DNA from: Promethearchaeota archaeon
GTDB taxonomy: Archaea; Asgardarchaeota; Lokiarchaeia; Sigyniarchaeales; SOKP01
NCBI GenBank assembly: GCA_016839585.1
Contig: JAEOTZ010000001.1
Span: 3,076 to 67,075, forward strand
Direction of reading: 5' to 3'
Length of the DNA: 64,000 nucleotides
A program made the position numbers and the translations under genes. Shown here one piece after another: positions 61,614 to 64,000 of the stretch (its first letter is position 1; each line of letters opens with the position of its first letter). The notes under the pieces were generated by a model, which was not told the origin of the DNA, ran no database searches, and saw only the letters and a program-made list of their open reading frames with translations.

Positions 61614-63374
61614 TTAAAATCTCTTGTGGTTACAAGAACCACAATAAGGGCAAATTTTATGTTTAGTCTCAATTATTGAAAAGCATTCAGGGCATTTTCT
61701 ATAATTTTCTGGATTAAAGCCGTCTTTGGCATTCTCATTACCCTCCAATAAGTTGTCAATAAAAAATTTGATCTCTGCCGCATCTCTTATATCTTCGTCT
61801 TCATTTTCGGTGAACTGGGTTTTTTGGGAACCTTTCTCAGATTTATCAATTTTTTTAATCGACTTTTCTTTATTTTTCATCATTTCAGAATCTTTTTCTT
61901 TAAATTTTTTCAGAATTAATTTATTCTTTCTATTCACATCTCCTCTTTTTAACCAGTATCTTTCGACAAGGGGGACCCAAAGCAGAAATGGTCTTTTAAT
62001 AGAATTAGTACGGACGATGCATTCCCCTTCTTCTAATATAGAGAGATAGTCTTCTTTTTCTTCATCCATATTTAATAGTTCACAAATGAAACTCCTCTGC
62101 ATATGATTTTTGAAAGTGATCAGAACACCACAGTTAGCTAATATTTCTTCACTGACATTAGGTCGAGTGGCAATTGAAATTAAACATTCTCCAGTGCCTC
62201 TTTGTAAAAGTGCTATATCTTCCAGGTATGAAGTCAACTTTGTTTGGAGAGACAGATCTTTTGGGGCAAAGTATTGAGTATCTTCGATTATTGTAAGATG
62301 CTTTATACCCTTAAAATTATAGGCTCCGTATGTTAAATTTTTATCCCATAAATATTTTAGAACCATATTGAGAAAGAACAAGGCATCTTCCTTTTCTCCA
62401 CCTAAACGGATAATTGAACTTAAATCAAAAAGAATGTTCTTGTCAAATAAATCTTTTATTTTCAGTTTATATCGTGTGGCAAAGATTGACTTTAATGGTC
62501 CTAGTGAAAATCTCCTTATTCTATTTTGAATGCTAACAAGACTCTGATGCAGCATAGGAATTTGATTTTTCTGGTTTTTCAAGTATTCTTTGCATTGATC
62601 AAAGAAGCCTTTCCAGCTCTGATGTTGTGAATTTCTACACACATTTGTTAAAATATCTACTAGCACTTTTTCCATTTGTGGTGAAAATTCTGCGTTTGCA
62701 TCCAAAAATTGCCCACTTTGTAAAATATCAAATACTCTTTCAGCATGAATTTCAGGATTAGCCCCTTCAGGATTAAATATATTGATTGAAAAGTTTTCCC
62801 CTGGTCTTATTATTAACAAGTCCTCGATAATGTCTTGTAAGAAAATATATTCTCCTTTAAATTCTGCTAATAAAAAAGGTATATCATAACGTTTTTTGAA
62901 ATCAATTAAAAAATTTTGTACAAAATTGCTTTTACCCGAACCTGTAATCCCACATACGAACATGTGCCTTTCTAAATCTTTTAGTGAAAGGAAATATTTA
63001 TGACTCTTTCTTTTCTTCTTCATAACCTTTCCTATTTCAATATTTCCTTTTCTTGATTTATATCTTGAAGGAATTTCTAAGTTAATAACATCTTGATCGA
63101 AAATATAGAAGGATTTAATAAAAAACATTAATGAAGAAAGTAAAAATAATAGAGAAAGACCAATTAACATCGAGTTTTTGTCAGATTCTGAATTTTGAGA
63201 AGGATAGAATAAAGCTAAGTTAAAAAGAAAGATTGAACCCATAATAATCAAATAAATAAAGATAATGTATTTAGATTTCTGTAATTCATATTCCTTTTTC
63301 CGTGAAATGTAAAAAATGATGGTGTATATTAACAGAATTAGGAATAATGTAAGGGAAATTTCGAAAGGGATCAT
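61614..63374 (-). CDS. Membrane-anchored HerA/FtsK-superfamily P-loop ATPase with C-terminal zinc ribbon
   Basis: Three N-terminal TM helices. Walker A VCGITGSGKS, Walker B-like HLTIIEDTQ, ATRPN sensor-like motif. An acidic linker is followed by CPEC...CPYCGS. Confidence 0.6.
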   Translation of the reverse strand: MIPFEISLTLFLILLIYTIIFYISRKKEYELQKSKYIIFIYLIIMGSIFLFNLALFYPSQNSESDKNSMLIGLSLLFLLSSLMFFIKSFYIFDQDVINLEIPSRYKSRKGNIEIGKVMKKKRKSHKYFLSLKDLERHMFVCGITGSGKSNFVQNFLIDFKKRYDIPFLLAEFKGEYIFLQDIIEDLLIIRPGENFSINIFNPEGANPEIHAERVFDILQSGQFLDANAEFSPQMEKVLVDILTNVCRNSQHQSWKGFFDQCKEYLKNQKNQIPMLHQSLVSIQNRIRRFSLGPLKSIFATRYKLKIKDLFDKNILFDLSSIIRLGGEKEDALFFLNMVLKYLWDKNLTYGAYNFKGIKHLTIIEDTQYFAPKDLSLQTKLTSYLEDIALLQRGTGECLISIATRPNVSEEILANCGVLITFKNHMQRSFICELLNMDEEKEDYLSILEEGECIVRTNSIKRPFLLWVPLVERYWLKRGDVNRKNKLILKKFKEKDSEMMKNKEKSIKKIDKSEKGSQKTQFTENEDEDIRDAAEIKFFIDNLLEGNENAKDGFNPENYRKCPECFSIIETKHKICPYCGSCNHKRF

Positions 63375-63488
63375 TAATCTTATTTATTAAGAGATTTTTA
63401 AAAACTACACTAAATACAATATGCTCATTTTAGTAATTGAAAAGAGTGTAATTCTATCAATGGAGAATAAAACCAAAAAAAAAAAGGT

Positions 63489-63740
63489 TTATTGATTGGT
63501 TGTTTTCGCCAGTCTTGTTTCCAAGAGGCATGGACGTTCATCGAAGAAGGTCCAATACTTATGGAGACTGGCAAAGCGGTGTCCGCAGTGGCAGGAGAGT
63601 CTGCTTTCTTCGGGCGTTATCGGGGTCTCGATAAGACGCTCCAGAGATCGCACTTTTCTACACTTAGGACAGTAAATCCAATATTGCGCTTTTTTTATTA
63701 CTTCTCGGATTTTGATTTTGATCACATCCATTGATATCAT
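63489..63740 (-). CDS. Small zinc-ribbon protein, GC-rich
   Basis: CPKC...CHCGH. It is much GC-richer than its surroundings, which is why a mirror ORF appears on the plus strand. Confidence 0.4.
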   Translation of the reverse strand: MISMDVIKIKIREVIKKAQYWIYCPKCRKVRSLERLIETPITPEESRLSCHCGHRFASLHKYWTFFDERPCLLETRLAKTTNQ

Positions 63741-63880
63741 TACAAAAATAATTCTGAATTTAATAATTTAAATTGCCACATTTAAGATTTTGAAAGGGAA
63801 ATCCTAATCGACTTTTTATATTTTTCTTTAAATTGATCTATTTTAATAGGATATAAAAGGACTAAAAAGAGGTTATATAA

Positions 63881-64000
63881 GTGCGAGTTATTAAGGAAGG
63901 ACGTCTAAAGTCTACAAGAGAGTCTCTAATGTTTTTTAAGGACCATTTTCGAGAATTAGGAAAAGTAAAGTACATAATTCTTTATTACGCAGAACGGGAA
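63881..64000 (+). CDS. Partial ORF running off the window (unknown; weak resemblance to a recombinase N-terminus)
   Basis: GTG start with AGAGGT 7-12 nt upstream; 40 codons open to the window end (VRVIKEGRLKSTRESLMFFKDHFRELGKV...). Confidence 0.25.
   Translation, partial: MRVIKEGRLKSTRESLMFFKDHFRELGKVKYIILYYAERE

Noticed and set aside
49880-63890. Shared 10-mer TAAGTGCGAG next to repeat copy 2 (49880-49889) and at the start of the edge ORF (63878-63887)
   Set aside because: Only 10 nt match and the flanks diverge immediately. This is insufficient to claim a related site.

Overview
AT-rich archaeal chromosomal segment. It carries an archaeal histone, uS13/uS4/uS11, SerS, HdrA/MvhD and a Rab-like small GTPase. 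This mix best fits an Asgard (Lokiarchaeia-like) genome, which is inference from gene content only. Bases 1-35,000 are core and metabolic genes. They include a Cys-type tandem-fused hdrA plus mvhD at the left edge, and a second hdrA-mvhD-frhB-like operon at 30.9-35.0 kb. The ORF track splits that second operon into fragments because it contains four in-frame TGA codons. Each TGA aligns with a Cys of the Cys-type paralogs, so these are selenoproteins. Also present are flavodoxin/ferredoxin genes, a GH2 beta-galactosidase, a sulfatase-family enzyme, a GPH symporter, an aminotransferase, a TrmB regulator and a histone with a Lys-rich N-terminal tail. Bases 35,100-39,400 hold the S13-S4-S11 ribosomal-protein cluster. 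It is interrupted by a duplicated rps4 3' end and an antisense 755-aa beta-helix surface-protein gene, and rps11 is compositionally atypical. From 39,449 to the window end the expected rpoD/r-protein genes are replaced by an accessory island of at least 24 kb, mostly on the minus strand. The island encodes a type I R-M system (hsdR-S-M), a GIY-YIG/DUF4357 protein, four solo HEPN-motif (RNxxxH) proteins, two PIN-domain proteins, a CX5R phosphatase and several unknowns. One PIN protein is fused to GNAT and a PUA-like domain and is translationally coupled to an ASCH protein. A membrane-anchored HerA/FtsK-like ATPase sits next to two unknown partners. The best candidates for undescribed systems are the PIN-GNAT-PUA/ASCH pair, the HerA-like three-gene cluster, and the HEPN/PIN gene series marked by a perfect 24-nt GC-rich direct repeat. 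I found no rRNA, tRNA or CRISPR array by eye. All domain calls come from motif reading, not from searches.
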